The position numbers and the translations under genes are program-made. A DNA stretch of 64,000 nucleotides from a bacterium (lineage in GTDB: Bacteria > Electryoneota > RPQS01), in NCBI GenBank assembly GCA_013360195.1, contig JABWCQ010000011.1:32671-96670 (forward strand), read 5' to 3'. How positions within the stretch are numbered: position 1 is the stretch's first letter; every line of letters begins with the position of its first letter. Below are positions 38,026-45,552 of the stretch, one piece after another. Under the pieces are notes generated by a model, which was given only the letters and a program-made list of their open reading frames with translations, made no database searches and was not told where the DNA came from.

Positions 38026-38054
38026 TTGACCGTACGTTCAATTCTTCGTATATT
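38026..38054 (+). promoter_or_regulatory. Putative sigma70-type promoter upstream of the SRPBCC-DLH gene (long leader)
   Basis: TTGACC (38026-38031), exactly 17 nt, TATATT (38049-38054). It ends ~209 nt upstream of ATG 38263. Confidence 0.5.
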
Positions 38055-38262
38055 AGTAGAGTCATTAAGATTGAACTTGTTTGACTTTGTAAATTATAGC
38101 ACACGATACTGTTCACTTTCCGCGTTTTCGCGATGCTCCCGTATCGTACGTTTCCACCTTTTTACACTGTATCACATTACCAGAAGTCCCTGCATCAGAA
38201 AAACGTTAGCATCGGAACGCAGGTGGAGATTCAGCCGTGAAACATGTAAATTGTGGCAAACT

Positions 38263-39369
38263 ATGGGAGCTCCTATGATGAAAACCCTCGTCCTCACACT
38301 GCTTTGCCTTGCAGCTTTCGCTCGCGCAGATGAAACCGTTCTGCGCTCGCTCGAGACCACGGCCTCACCCCTCCAATGCTGGCGCGCGCTCTGTGAAGAT
38401 TGGATATACAAGCAGTGGATGCCCGTTCAATCCGTCACCTTCGGTGGTGCACCTGAAACCCCGTGGCGGGTAACTTTTAAGGACGGTTCTTTTGAAGAGG
38501 GAATCCTCAAAGTCCTTGAACCCGGCCGAGTCCTCGAATACACCTATCACGGTGAATATGAAATCGAGACCGTGCACCTTGATTTCATCCCGACTGAGAC
38601 CGGCACAACCATTAAGCTCGTTCATACGATTCCCGGTCGTGATGGCCGCACACTTAAGTCTGCGATGAATGCCGGTGACCGCTGGGAAGCACGCTTCACG
38701 TTCCTGCGAACCTACCTCGATTCGCGGCCAAATTCTTATTTGGTTAAGCCCTACGGCGACGGCCGATATCCCGCCGTTCTGCTGCTTCACGACCGATTCG
38801 GATTAAACAACACCGTCCGCGCACTGGCCGACTCTCTGGCCAATCGAGGCTACGTTGTGCTTGCAATGGACATGTTCAAAGGTGATCGCACCAGTGATGT
38901 CGCGCAGGCCCGTCAGTTTCTGCAACTGGTAAATGAGTCCGACGCGTTGCGTGCAGTCGGCTCGGCTTGGCAAGCATTGCTGGCCGACTCCTCCGTGAAT
39001 CGCAGCCGTATCGGTGTTGCCGGGCTTGGATGGGGTGGAGAAATGACCATGCGCGTTCTCGCTGCCGATCCGTCCTTCAGAGCGGGCGTTGCGTGGTATC
39101 CGTCCACTGCACCTGCGGACACTATTCTGACTCGCATTGCCGCGCCGCTTATGATTATACACGCGGCTCCAGCTATGGACAAACCAACATCGCAAGCCGA
39201 GGCAATGTCACAAGTTCTCGTGCAGCAGGGCGTTCGCGCTGAAACGGTGCTTATCAAGGGTGACGTAGGTTTTGCCGAACCTGCAAATGGTGCCGCCTAC
39301 AGTGCATCCGCATCCACAGATGCCTTCAGAACTACCATGGGCTTTCTCGACAGACGGCTCAAACTTTGA
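38263..39369 (+). CDS. Secreted fusion of an SRPBCC/AHSA1-like ligand-binding domain and a dienelactone-hydrolase-like domain lacking the catalytic Cys and His
   Basis: The start is one of ATG 38263, 38275 or 38278, giving the signal peptide MMKTLVLTLLCLAAFARA. The N-domain has CWRALCEDWIYKQW...GILKVLEPGRVLEYTY...GTTIKLVH...GDRWEARFTFLRTYL (SRPBCC). The C-domain has YPAVLLLHDRFGL...GYVVLAMDMF (DLH fold). However, it reads GLGWGG where DLH has GxCxGG, and GDVGF where DLH has the His. Confidence 0.7.
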   Translation: MGAPMMKTLVLTLLCLAAFARADETVLRSLETTASPLQCWRALCEDWIYKQWMPVQSVTFGGAPETPWRVTFKDGSFEEGILKVLEPGRVLEYTYHGEYEIETVHLDFIPTETGTTIKLVHTIPGRDGRTLKSAMNAGDRWEARFTFLRTYLDSRPNSYLVKPYGDGRYPAVLLLHDRFGLNNTVRALADSLANRGYVVLAMDMFKGDRTSDVAQARQFLQLVNESDALRAVGSAWQALLADSSVNRSRIGVAGLGWGGEMTMRVLAADPSFRAGVAWYPSTAPADTILTRIAAPLMIIHAAPAMDKPTSQAEAMSQVLVQQGVRAETVLIKGDVGFAEPANGAAYSASASTDAFRTTMGFLDRRLKL

Positions 39370-39395
39370 CCGGCGACTCTGCTCTGAAAATTCAA

Positions 39396-39421
39396 AAAGG
39401 CAGACCGGTTGGTCTGCCTTT
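39396..39421. terminator. Bidirectional intrinsic terminator between convergent genes
   Basis: AAAGGCAGACC (39396-39406), GGTT loop, GGTCTGCCTTT (39411-39421). Confidence 0.8.
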
Positions 39422-39442
39422 GCATTCTACAAATGATTGCCT

Positions 39443-41074
39443 TCACTTCAACAGCAGCAGTTTCGTCACGGCGAGCGTCTCGGTTGCCCGACTCAAAACC
39501 GCAAAGTAAACTCCGCTCGGAAGCCAATTCGCATTTACGCTAACTTGCGTCTGACCGCTCAGATAACCGTCATACAAAACCGTGCTCTCCCGCCCCATTA
39601 CATCAAACAGCTTTACCTCATACTCCCCCGCGCGCGCAACAGTTATCACCAAAGTTGTCACCGCGTTGAAGGGAGTTGGATATGCGGATAATGTACACGA
39701 TTCCGGTCGGAAAGGCGAGGGAGAGTCAAATGACACCGAATTTGAATCGGCAGTCGTATCATGAGGTAACAGAGACCATGGAGCAAACAACACGTTGTCA
39801 CCAACTTCTGCGCCCTGCCCGTTCGGATTCCGATCAAAATGATAAGGACCCGTCGCGTCTCCCCACCAGTTGTTGCGAGCGTCAATACGCGATTCCTCGT
39901 TCTCAACGTGCTTGACGCCCGGAAGGGAATGGACGAAGTCATTCCCTCGCAAGAATATCGTGTCAACGCCCGTGTCGCAGGAAACATAGACCTGAGGTCT
40001 GTTACCCAAAAGTGTTGGGCGGAATCTGTTGTGAAGTACCTCACAACCTGCTTGAAGCAGAAAACCCGTCGCGTCGCCGGCAATTCGTCTCGTTGAGTCC
40101 ACGATTGTGCTGTCGATTCGAGCCAGGAATCCGTTGCCTCCCGCCGCGCAGTGAACGCGTAGCATTTCCCCTCCGCCAAGATCGCTGCTGCCCGAACCGC
40201 AGTCAATAAACCTGTTGCCGCTTAGTTCTATGGCGCAGGCATTCTCCTTAAGTTGACCAAAACATGTGTCAACAACTTCCACCACACTGCCGCCAACGCT
40301 CAATCCGCTGAACAAGCAATCCCGTACTTCTGAATTGCACCGAGGACGGATGGTTAATGCGCTGCCATCCAGCGAATCGGAGGCAAAAAACTCGCACCGA
40401 AGCACCGACAAGCTGTCGCCCAATCCTGTCAGCAGACTACCTCTTGCACTCGACATCACTCGACAATCTTCCAGCCTGCCACCACCACGCACCCACAGTA
40501 CTATATTCCCGGTCAGACATTCAAAATCCGTGTCAAACGCATACAACCTGCCTTGTATGTGGGTGCTCACGCATCTCTCGAAGCAGCCGACAAAGTTGCA
40601 TTCGTTAAGGACAGTTCGCCGAAGCCCGCGTATGCCTACAAACGTGGAATCAAAGGTGCAGTCAGTAAAAGTAGCGCTTACAACATTTGAGCTCCCTTGT
40701 ACTCCCCCGGTACGGGAATCCTGTCGATTTTCACGCATTGGCGACCTGTTCCGGAATACCATGTTGCGTATCTCAATTGTACCCCCAGTCAGCACCAGAC
40801 AACCCAGCGTGTCTGATCCGGGCAAATCTGTTGGGTCAATCACCGCCCGCTCATTTTCAATGGAATCTTGGCCGATTTCACCAACAATCATAAGATTTCG
40901 CGCGGGTACTGTTACTGACTCAACGAATACCCCCGGCGAAACTATCACAGTGTCGCCACTTGCCGATGCACTAAGTGCGCCTTGTATCGTTGCGAAATCG
41001 CCTGGCACTCGCAAGATTTCTGCCGCTGCGCTCTTGAAAATGGCCATTAATATAAGGATCAAAATTGTCAACAT
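39443..41074 (-). CDS. Right-handed parallel beta-helix repeat protein with T9SS sorting domain
   Basis: 543-aa ORF with a signal peptide. The N-terminus LRVPGDFATIQGALSASASGDTVIVSPGVFVESV is typical of pectate-lyase-fold proteins. Repetitive G/N/C-containing coils follow, and the C-terminus reads YPTPFNAVTTLVI...TKLLLLK. Confidence 0.7.
   Translation of the reverse strand: MLTILILILMAIFKSAAAEILRVPGDFATIQGALSASASGDTVIVSPGVFVESVTVPARNLMIVGEIGQDSIENERAVIDPTDLPGSDTLGCLVLTGGTIEIRNMVFRNRSPMRENRQDSRTGGVQGSSNVVSATFTDCTFDSTFVGIRGLRRTVLNECNFVGCFERCVSTHIQGRLYAFDTDFECLTGNIVLWVRGGGRLEDCRVMSSARGSLLTGLGDSLSVLRCEFFASDSLDGSALTIRPRCNSEVRDCLFSGLSVGGSVVEVVDTCFGQLKENACAIELSGNRFIDCGSGSSDLGGGEMLRVHCAAGGNGFLARIDSTIVDSTRRIAGDATGFLLQAGCEVLHNRFRPTLLGNRPQVYVSCDTGVDTIFLRGNDFVHSLPGVKHVENEESRIDARNNWWGDATGPYHFDRNPNGQGAEVGDNVLFAPWSLLPHDTTADSNSVSFDSPSPFRPESCTLSAYPTPFNAVTTLVITVARAGEYEVKLFDVMGRESTVLYDGYLSGQTQVSVNANWLPSGVYFAVLSRATETLAVTKLLLLK
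39446..39700 (-). other. T9SS type-A C-terminal sorting domain of the beta-helix protein
   Basis: SCTLSAYPTPFNAVTTLVITVARAGEYEVKLFDVMGRE...SGVYFAVLSRATETLAVTKLLLLK. Confidence 0.7.
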
Positions 41075-41075
41075 T

Positions 41076-41564
41076 CTAAGGACACGTCGTTACATTTCTG
41101 GAAATCCAGCCTGTTGCAATACAGGCAGACTTGCAATCAGTAGTACATTCTGCTTCCTCGCAAGGGCGTTTGCAGACATACAGCCGATACGTTATGTTCG
41201 CATTCAATGTCACATCGGTGTCCAGCGTACAGAACTGCACAGTGCAACCGGATTCATACGAGTTAACGATTACGCCGGTGGATTCAATAACGACAAGCAC
41301 GCATGCTGAACATAGGCCGCAGTCGACGCATCCTGCTCCTGATACTTTAGCGCCCAGCTTGTATGTTCCAGTACATGGAGGAGTAAACGTCGCAGTACTT
41401 GAGCAGCCTGTTGTAGAGACACTGCAGTCATCATACGTTCCAGAACAAGTTGCGTCTGTGGTCCCGATACAATAGTTGCACTGCGCAGAAACTTGCGCAC
41501 TCCCCAAACACAAAAAAACCGCGAGGATCGTCGTCGCGGCAAGGGTAGAAGGTGCTTTTCTCAT
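41076..41564 (-). CDS. Small secreted cysteine-rich protein (18 Cys in ~135 mature residues)
   Basis: 162-aa ORF with AGGAG 7 nt upstream of ATG 41564. The signal peptide ends ...GSAQVSA. The mature part is C/T/S/G-rich (QCNYCIGTTDATCSGTYDDC...CVDCGLCSAC...CKRPCEEAECTTDCKSAC...TTCP). Its stop lies 1 nt before the start of the beta-helix gene. Confidence 0.65.
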   Translation of the reverse strand: MRKAPSTLAATTILAVFLCLGSAQVSAQCNYCIGTTDATCSGTYDDCSVSTTGCSSTATFTPPCTGTYKLGAKVSGAGCVDCGLCSACVLVVIESTGVIVNSYESGCTVQFCTLDTDVTLNANITYRLYVCKRPCEEAECTTDCKSACIATGWISRNVTTCP

Positions 41565-41597
41565 AGCTTGACTCCTTCGGTGTTGTGTTCCGGCACA

Positions 41598-41620
41598 CTG
41601 GTTGGTGCTCTGGTTGGTGC
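41598..41620 (-). repeat. Tandem 11-nt direct repeat in the leader of the Cys-rich gene; the second copy extends into a 12-nt perfect palindrome (41614-41625)
   Basis: On the plus strand: CTGGTTGGTGC T CTGGTTGGTGC. TTGGTGCACCAA (41614-41625) is its own reverse complement and sits at the predicted transcription start. Confidence 0.6.
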
Positions 41621-41629
41621 ACCAAACTT

Positions 41630-41658
41630 AATTTACAACTGCAAATCAGTTTTGTCAA
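41630..41658 (-). promoter_or_regulatory. Putative sigma70-type promoter of the Cys-rich / beta-helix operon
   Basis: On the minus strand: TTGACA (41658-41653), exactly 17 nt, TAAATT (41635-41630). It ends 66 nt upstream of ATG 41564. Confidence 0.45.
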
Positions 41659-41710
41659 GCCTTTTTTCGAGAAATCAAGAGTATTGTCTAACTGCTTGAA
41701 AATAAAGAAA

Positions 41711-41731
41711 GAGCCTCGCGGGGCGAGGCTC
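41711..41731 (-). terminator. Intrinsic terminator of the macAB-GNAT-S9 operon
   Basis: GAGCCTCGC (41711-41719), GGG loop, GCGAGGCTC (41723-41731). UUUCUUUAUUUU follows on the minus strand. Confidence 0.65.
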
Positions 41732-41741
41732 GAAGATTCAA

Positions 41742-43682
41742 TTATTTGTCCGTGCGTTTCATACCTAAATTTGCGCGCATGAAATCGTACATTGCGTGAT
41801 AGGCTTTCAGTTTGTTTTCACGTTTGCGTAATCCGTGTCCTTCATCTTCGAAGATGAGATACTCGACTTGTTTGCCGTTCTTGCGCGCCGCTTCAACGAT
41901 CTGTTCCGACTCCGCAACTTTCACGCGCGGATCATTTCTTCCCTGCACAATCAACAACGGTCTGACAATGCGATCGGCGAAGAACACCGGTGACTGGCTG
42001 TACATGCGCGCACTGTCTTCGGGAATGCTCGGATTGCCTATCTCGCGGTAGAAGTACTCTTTGTAGGGCTCCCAATAGGGCGGTATGGATTCCAATAGCG
42101 TGAATAGATTCGACGGCCCAACCCAATCCATTCCAAGCGCGAATTCTTCCGGAGTAAACGTCATTGCCGCGAGTACCATGTATCCGCCATAGGATCCGCC
42201 CCAGATCACCGTCTTAGAGGTATCCGCTTCGGGATAATTATCAGCAATGAAATGCTTCAGGTACACCACATCCTGCAACGGATCTTCACCCCACTTCTTA
42301 TCGTCGGCAAGATAGTAAGACTTGCCGTATCCTGTCGAACCGCGCACGTTCGGTGCGGCAACGATGTATCCGCGGCTCACAAGAAATTGAATCCACGGAG
42401 AATAGCCGGCCTTCTGCTGCGCCATCGGCCCGCCGTGCACTTCTATCACCACAGGCGACTTTCGTCCCCATGACAACTTCGCCGGACGGTAGACCCACGC
42501 GGGAATCTCAGTGCCGTCAAAGGACTCGTATCGCACCAGTTCCGACCGTACCAGCATGTCCGGTTTCAATTCGCTTGAGTCGAACAGGTTAGTCAGCTTG
42601 ATGAGTTCAAACGTCTCAAGATCGTATATATACTGGTCACCGGGAATGTGATCCGCCATAACGTAGATTCGCAAGTAACGCTCTGAGCGTGAAAAACCGA
42701 CCGGAATCACCTCTGCGTTCGGCAGCGGCGGCAATTGCAGCTCATCCCCGGTCTGAACGTTGCGGATTTCGACACGCGACACGCCGTCTTCATTGACGCG
42801 GATGTAGAAGTATTTGTTGTTGTAACTGAACCCCGCGCTGACGACGTCCCATTCATCTTCGTACTCGACAGCCCATTCCTGTGACTCCGTGTCGTAGGTC
42901 ATCAGCCGCATAAACTCGGACTCGTAATCGGTCAGAATATAAAGCTGGCGACCGTCCGGAGAGAAGTCGGCAAATTCGTAGTTGGCTTCGCCGTTCTCCT
43001 GCGATGTCAGCGGCGACATCATGCCCGAATTTACGTCAAAGGCATAAAGGTTGGACGCTGTCGTGCTGATGAACTCCGAGAGAATGAGTGTTGATTCGTC
43101 ATGCGAAATGCCGACAACGGAGAAGGTTGTGTTGTTTTCGAACACGCGCTGGCTTTTCATTGTCACCACATTCAGCCGATAGGTGTCCATGAAGCGCGGA
43201 TGCCGTTCATTTGAATTATAATAGAGCGAGTATCCGTCGTGCGACCAGCCAAGAATGTCACAGCGAGACTTCTCCGGTGTCACTGCATGGGAGACACCTG
43301 TGCCTATTTCAAACATATAGAGTCTGAAATTCTCATCGCCGCCGGTATCCATTGAATAAAAAATTCTGTCCATGTTCACCGGACACCATAAGACGGAGTA
43401 GATGGCGTCTTCGGTTTGCAGAAGCGGTTTCCACTCGCCGCCGCGGACCGGCATTGTGTAAGGTTGTGAATGCCCGAACTTGTCGGACACAAACACGAAC
43501 TGCGTTTCATCCGGGCAAAACGAAAGACTGCTTACACGGTATGTCTTGAAAAACTCCTCGAGCGGCAATTCGGCCGCTGATTTGGCGAAAACAGGTTCCA
43601 TAATTAGCACGAGCGCCGCAAAGGCGCTCCAGAAAAATCTTAGCATCTCTTCTTTCTCACGTATCTGACACCAACCGTTCAT
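41742..43682 (-). CDS. S9 family serine peptidase (prolyl oligopeptidase family) with N-terminal beta-propeller
   Basis: 646-aa ORF with WGGSYGGYM nucleophile elbow, LLIVQGRNDPRV (Asp) and DEGHGL (His). ATG 43682 overlaps the GNAT stop (ATGA). The alternative ATG 43646 gives the cleaner signal peptide MLRFFWSAFAALVLIMEPVFA. Confidence 0.85.
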   Translation of the reverse strand: MNGWCQIREKEEMLRFFWSAFAALVLIMEPVFAKSAAELPLEEFFKTYRVSSLSFCPDETQFVFVSDKFGHSQPYTMPVRGGEWKPLLQTEDAIYSVLWCPVNMDRIFYSMDTGGDENFRLYMFEIGTGVSHAVTPEKSRCDILGWSHDGYSLYYNSNERHPRFMDTYRLNVVTMKSQRVFENNTTFSVVGISHDESTLILSEFISTTASNLYAFDVNSGMMSPLTSQENGEANYEFADFSPDGRQLYILTDYESEFMRLMTYDTESQEWAVEYEDEWDVVSAGFSYNNKYFYIRVNEDGVSRVEIRNVQTGDELQLPPLPNAEVIPVGFSRSERYLRIYVMADHIPGDQYIYDLETFELIKLTNLFDSSELKPDMLVRSELVRYESFDGTEIPAWVYRPAKLSWGRKSPVVIEVHGGPMAQQKAGYSPWIQFLVSRGYIVAAPNVRGSTGYGKSYYLADDKKWGEDPLQDVVYLKHFIADNYPEADTSKTVIWGGSYGGYMVLAAMTFTPEEFALGMDWVGPSNLFTLLESIPPYWEPYKEYFYREIGNPSIPEDSARMYSQSPVFFADRIVRPLLIVQGRNDPRVKVAESEQIVEAARKNGKQVEYLIFEDEGHGLRKRENKLKAYHAMYDFMRANLGMKRTDK

Positions 43683-44281
43683 CCAAGCGAAGGTTCCGGC
43701 ACGCGGACGTCGGGATCATCCGCACGGTACTGTTCCCACAACGGCAGCCACTCGGAACGCAGCAGCCCCGTCTCAATCACATCCCAATATCTTCCCGCGC
43801 GGAAATAGTGCTCGCGCCGACGACCTTCCTCGCGATAGCCGCACTTCTCGTTGTAGCGCAGGCTTGCCCTGTTAAACTCGTACGCGTGTGTGTAGAGTTT
43901 GTGCAAATTGAGCATGCAAAATGCGTGGTAACACATCAGCATTTTCGCGTCCACACCATAGCCCTTGCCTCGATTTTCCGGAGAGCCGAAGAACGCGCCG
44001 GACGTGGCGTTGCGATGGATCCAATTGATTTCATGCAGTCCCATCAGCCCGATCAGCGTGCCGTCGTGTTTGCAGACTGAAAACATCTGCGTGTCGTCTG
44101 AAGTACAGAACTTTTCAATCCGCGCCCGGGAATCCTGTTCTCGGTTCGGTTTGACGATCAGCAAATTCAAATATATTTCCGGATCATTCAGCCAATCCGC
44201 AATGATCGGAACATCCTCGTCAATGATCGCGCGCAACTGCACGAGCTTTCCGCGCAGGAAAGGAGTATGGATTCGTGACAC
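43679..44281 (-). CDS. GNAT family N-acetyltransferase (RimJ/RimL-like)
   Basis: 200-aa ORF. LRAIIDEDVPIIADWLNDPE ... IGLMGLHEINWIHRNATSGAFFGSPENRGKGYG ... LHKLYTHAYEFNRASLRYNEKCGYREEG is the RimJ/RimL-type acetyl-CoA binding core. Confidence 0.85.
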   Translation of the reverse strand: MSRIHTPFLRGKLVQLRAIIDEDVPIIADWLNDPEIYLNLLIVKPNREQDSRARIEKFCTSDDTQMFSVCKHDGTLIGLMGLHEINWIHRNATSGAFFGSPENRGKGYGVDAKMLMCYHAFCMLNLHKLYTHAYEFNRASLRYNEKCGYREEGRRREHYFRAGRYWDVIETGLLRSEWLPLWEQYRADDPDVRVPEPSLG

Positions 44282-44295
44282 CGTGTTTTACCGTG

Positions 44296-45549
44296 TTATT
44301 CGTAGCGCAGCGCTTCAATCGGATCAAGCCGTGAAGCTTTGACAGCGGGCCACATGCCAAAGCCGACACCGACGAAGGTGCAGAAAATTGTCGCCAGAAA
44401 GACCGCCCACACCGGCACAGGGGCGGGGAAATTCAAGTTGTTGTTAATGAAAATTGCGATGCCGTATCCAAGTGCGATACCAATTGCGCCGCCGACCAGC
44501 GACAGCGTCGTCGCTTCAATCAGAAATTGCCGCAGAATCGAACCGCGCGTGCCGCCCAATGCTTTTCGAACGCCGATTTCACGCGTGCGCTCTGTCACTG
44601 ACACCAGCATGATATTCATGATTCCAATCCCCGCGACGAGCAGCGAAATTCCGCAAATTCCGAATGCCGCCACACCAATCCATGACGTCTGCTCGGTGAA
44701 CTGTTTCTGCATCAAATCCGGTGTCCACATGCCGAAGTTGTTCTCTTCGCCGGGACGCAATCCGCGAATGACGCGCATGGCCTCGACAACTTCCGACTGC
44801 GCCTTGCGAAAGGCTTTCGGGTCCCATGCCTGTACCGTCAGGTTAACCGACTTTTCGCCGTATATGCGCTCAAAGGTCGAAAACGGAATCCAGTTTTCTC
44901 TGTCCTGAGACTCGCCGAACATTTCGCCGCGCTCCTCGAACACCCCGACGACTTCAAACTTTTGTCCGTCCACGCGAACGAACTGACCTATCGGATCGGA
45001 TCCGGCAAACAAAGTTTTATAAGCGTCGAAACCAAGCACGATGACCCGACGCGCGGAGTTGATATCCTGCTGGGTTATCGGCCGTCCCATCACGGTGTAG
45101 CGGGAGTTGTTTGTGCCATACTCGACTGAACCACCGGCAACCTGCTGGTCTGCGTTTGTTTCCAGGCCACCGCGAGTAATACGCAAGCCGAAGGTCCAAG
45201 CTTCGACGCCCACAGCGCGCACAGAGGGACAGCGCTGTCTAATCTCATTGGCATATGAAGCCTCAATCTTTGGCCGCCATTTACGCCGGCGCGGTCCAAA
45301 CTGAATGCCGCCTTCACTGTCGTAGCGCTGCACTTGAAAAACGTTGGCTCCCAGGGAGTTCAACATCGCGTCATCAATCTTATACTTGATCCCGCCAAGG
45401 ACGGTCATCATCGAGATAATTGTCGCAACACCGATGACAACGCCTACGAGCGTAAGAAATGCGCGCATCTTGTGCGCCCGCATAGCTTCAAGAGCCATGC
45501 GGAACGATTCCCAATATGACGAAAGTTGTCTGAATAGTTTCTTGCCCAT
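44296..45549 (-). CDS. ABC transporter permease, MacB/FtsX type
   Basis: 417-aa ORF with an N-terminal TM helix, a MacB-type periplasmic domain and a C-terminal FtsX 3-helix bundle (TERTREIGVRKALGGTRGSILRQFLIEA). Confidence 0.85.
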   Translation of the reverse strand: MGKKLFRQLSSYWESFRMALEAMRAHKMRAFLTLVGVVIGVATIISMMTVLGGIKYKIDDAMLNSLGANVFQVQRYDSEGGIQFGPRRRKWRPKIEASYANEIRQRCPSVRAVGVEAWTFGLRITRGGLETNADQQVAGGSVEYGTNNSRYTVMGRPITQQDINSARRVIVLGFDAYKTLFAGSDPIGQFVRVDGQKFEVVGVFEERGEMFGESQDRENWIPFSTFERIYGEKSVNLTVQAWDPKAFRKAQSEVVEAMRVIRGLRPGEENNFGMWTPDLMQKQFTEQTSWIGVAAFGICGISLLVAGIGIMNIMLVSVTERTREIGVRKALGGTRGSILRQFLIEATTLSLVGGAIGIALGYGIAIFINNNLNFPAPVPVWAVFLATIFCTFVGVGFGMWPAVKASRLDPIEALRYE

Positions 45550-45552
45550 GTG

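Noticed and set aside
38026-38262. N-terminal 79 codons of track ORF 38026..39369
   Set aside because: The proposed TTG start lies inside the -35 box of a near-consensus promoter. The extra residues are Cys/Arg/Phe-rich and non-homologous. A signal peptide begins at the ATG cluster 38263-38280.
40266-41309. 347-aa plus-strand ORF, the longest alternative ORF in the window
   Set aside because: It is antisense to the beta-helix and Cys-rich genes. The translation is Ser/Thr/Pro/Arg-rich with no domain signature, no RBS and no promoter. The minus-strand products have a signal peptide, beta-helix features and a T9SS tail.
41598-41620. The tandem 11-nt repeat considered as a CRISPR or VNTR element
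   Set aside because: There are only two copies separated by 1 nt, with no spacers. The position at a promoter start site fits an operator better. No CRISPR array exists in the window.
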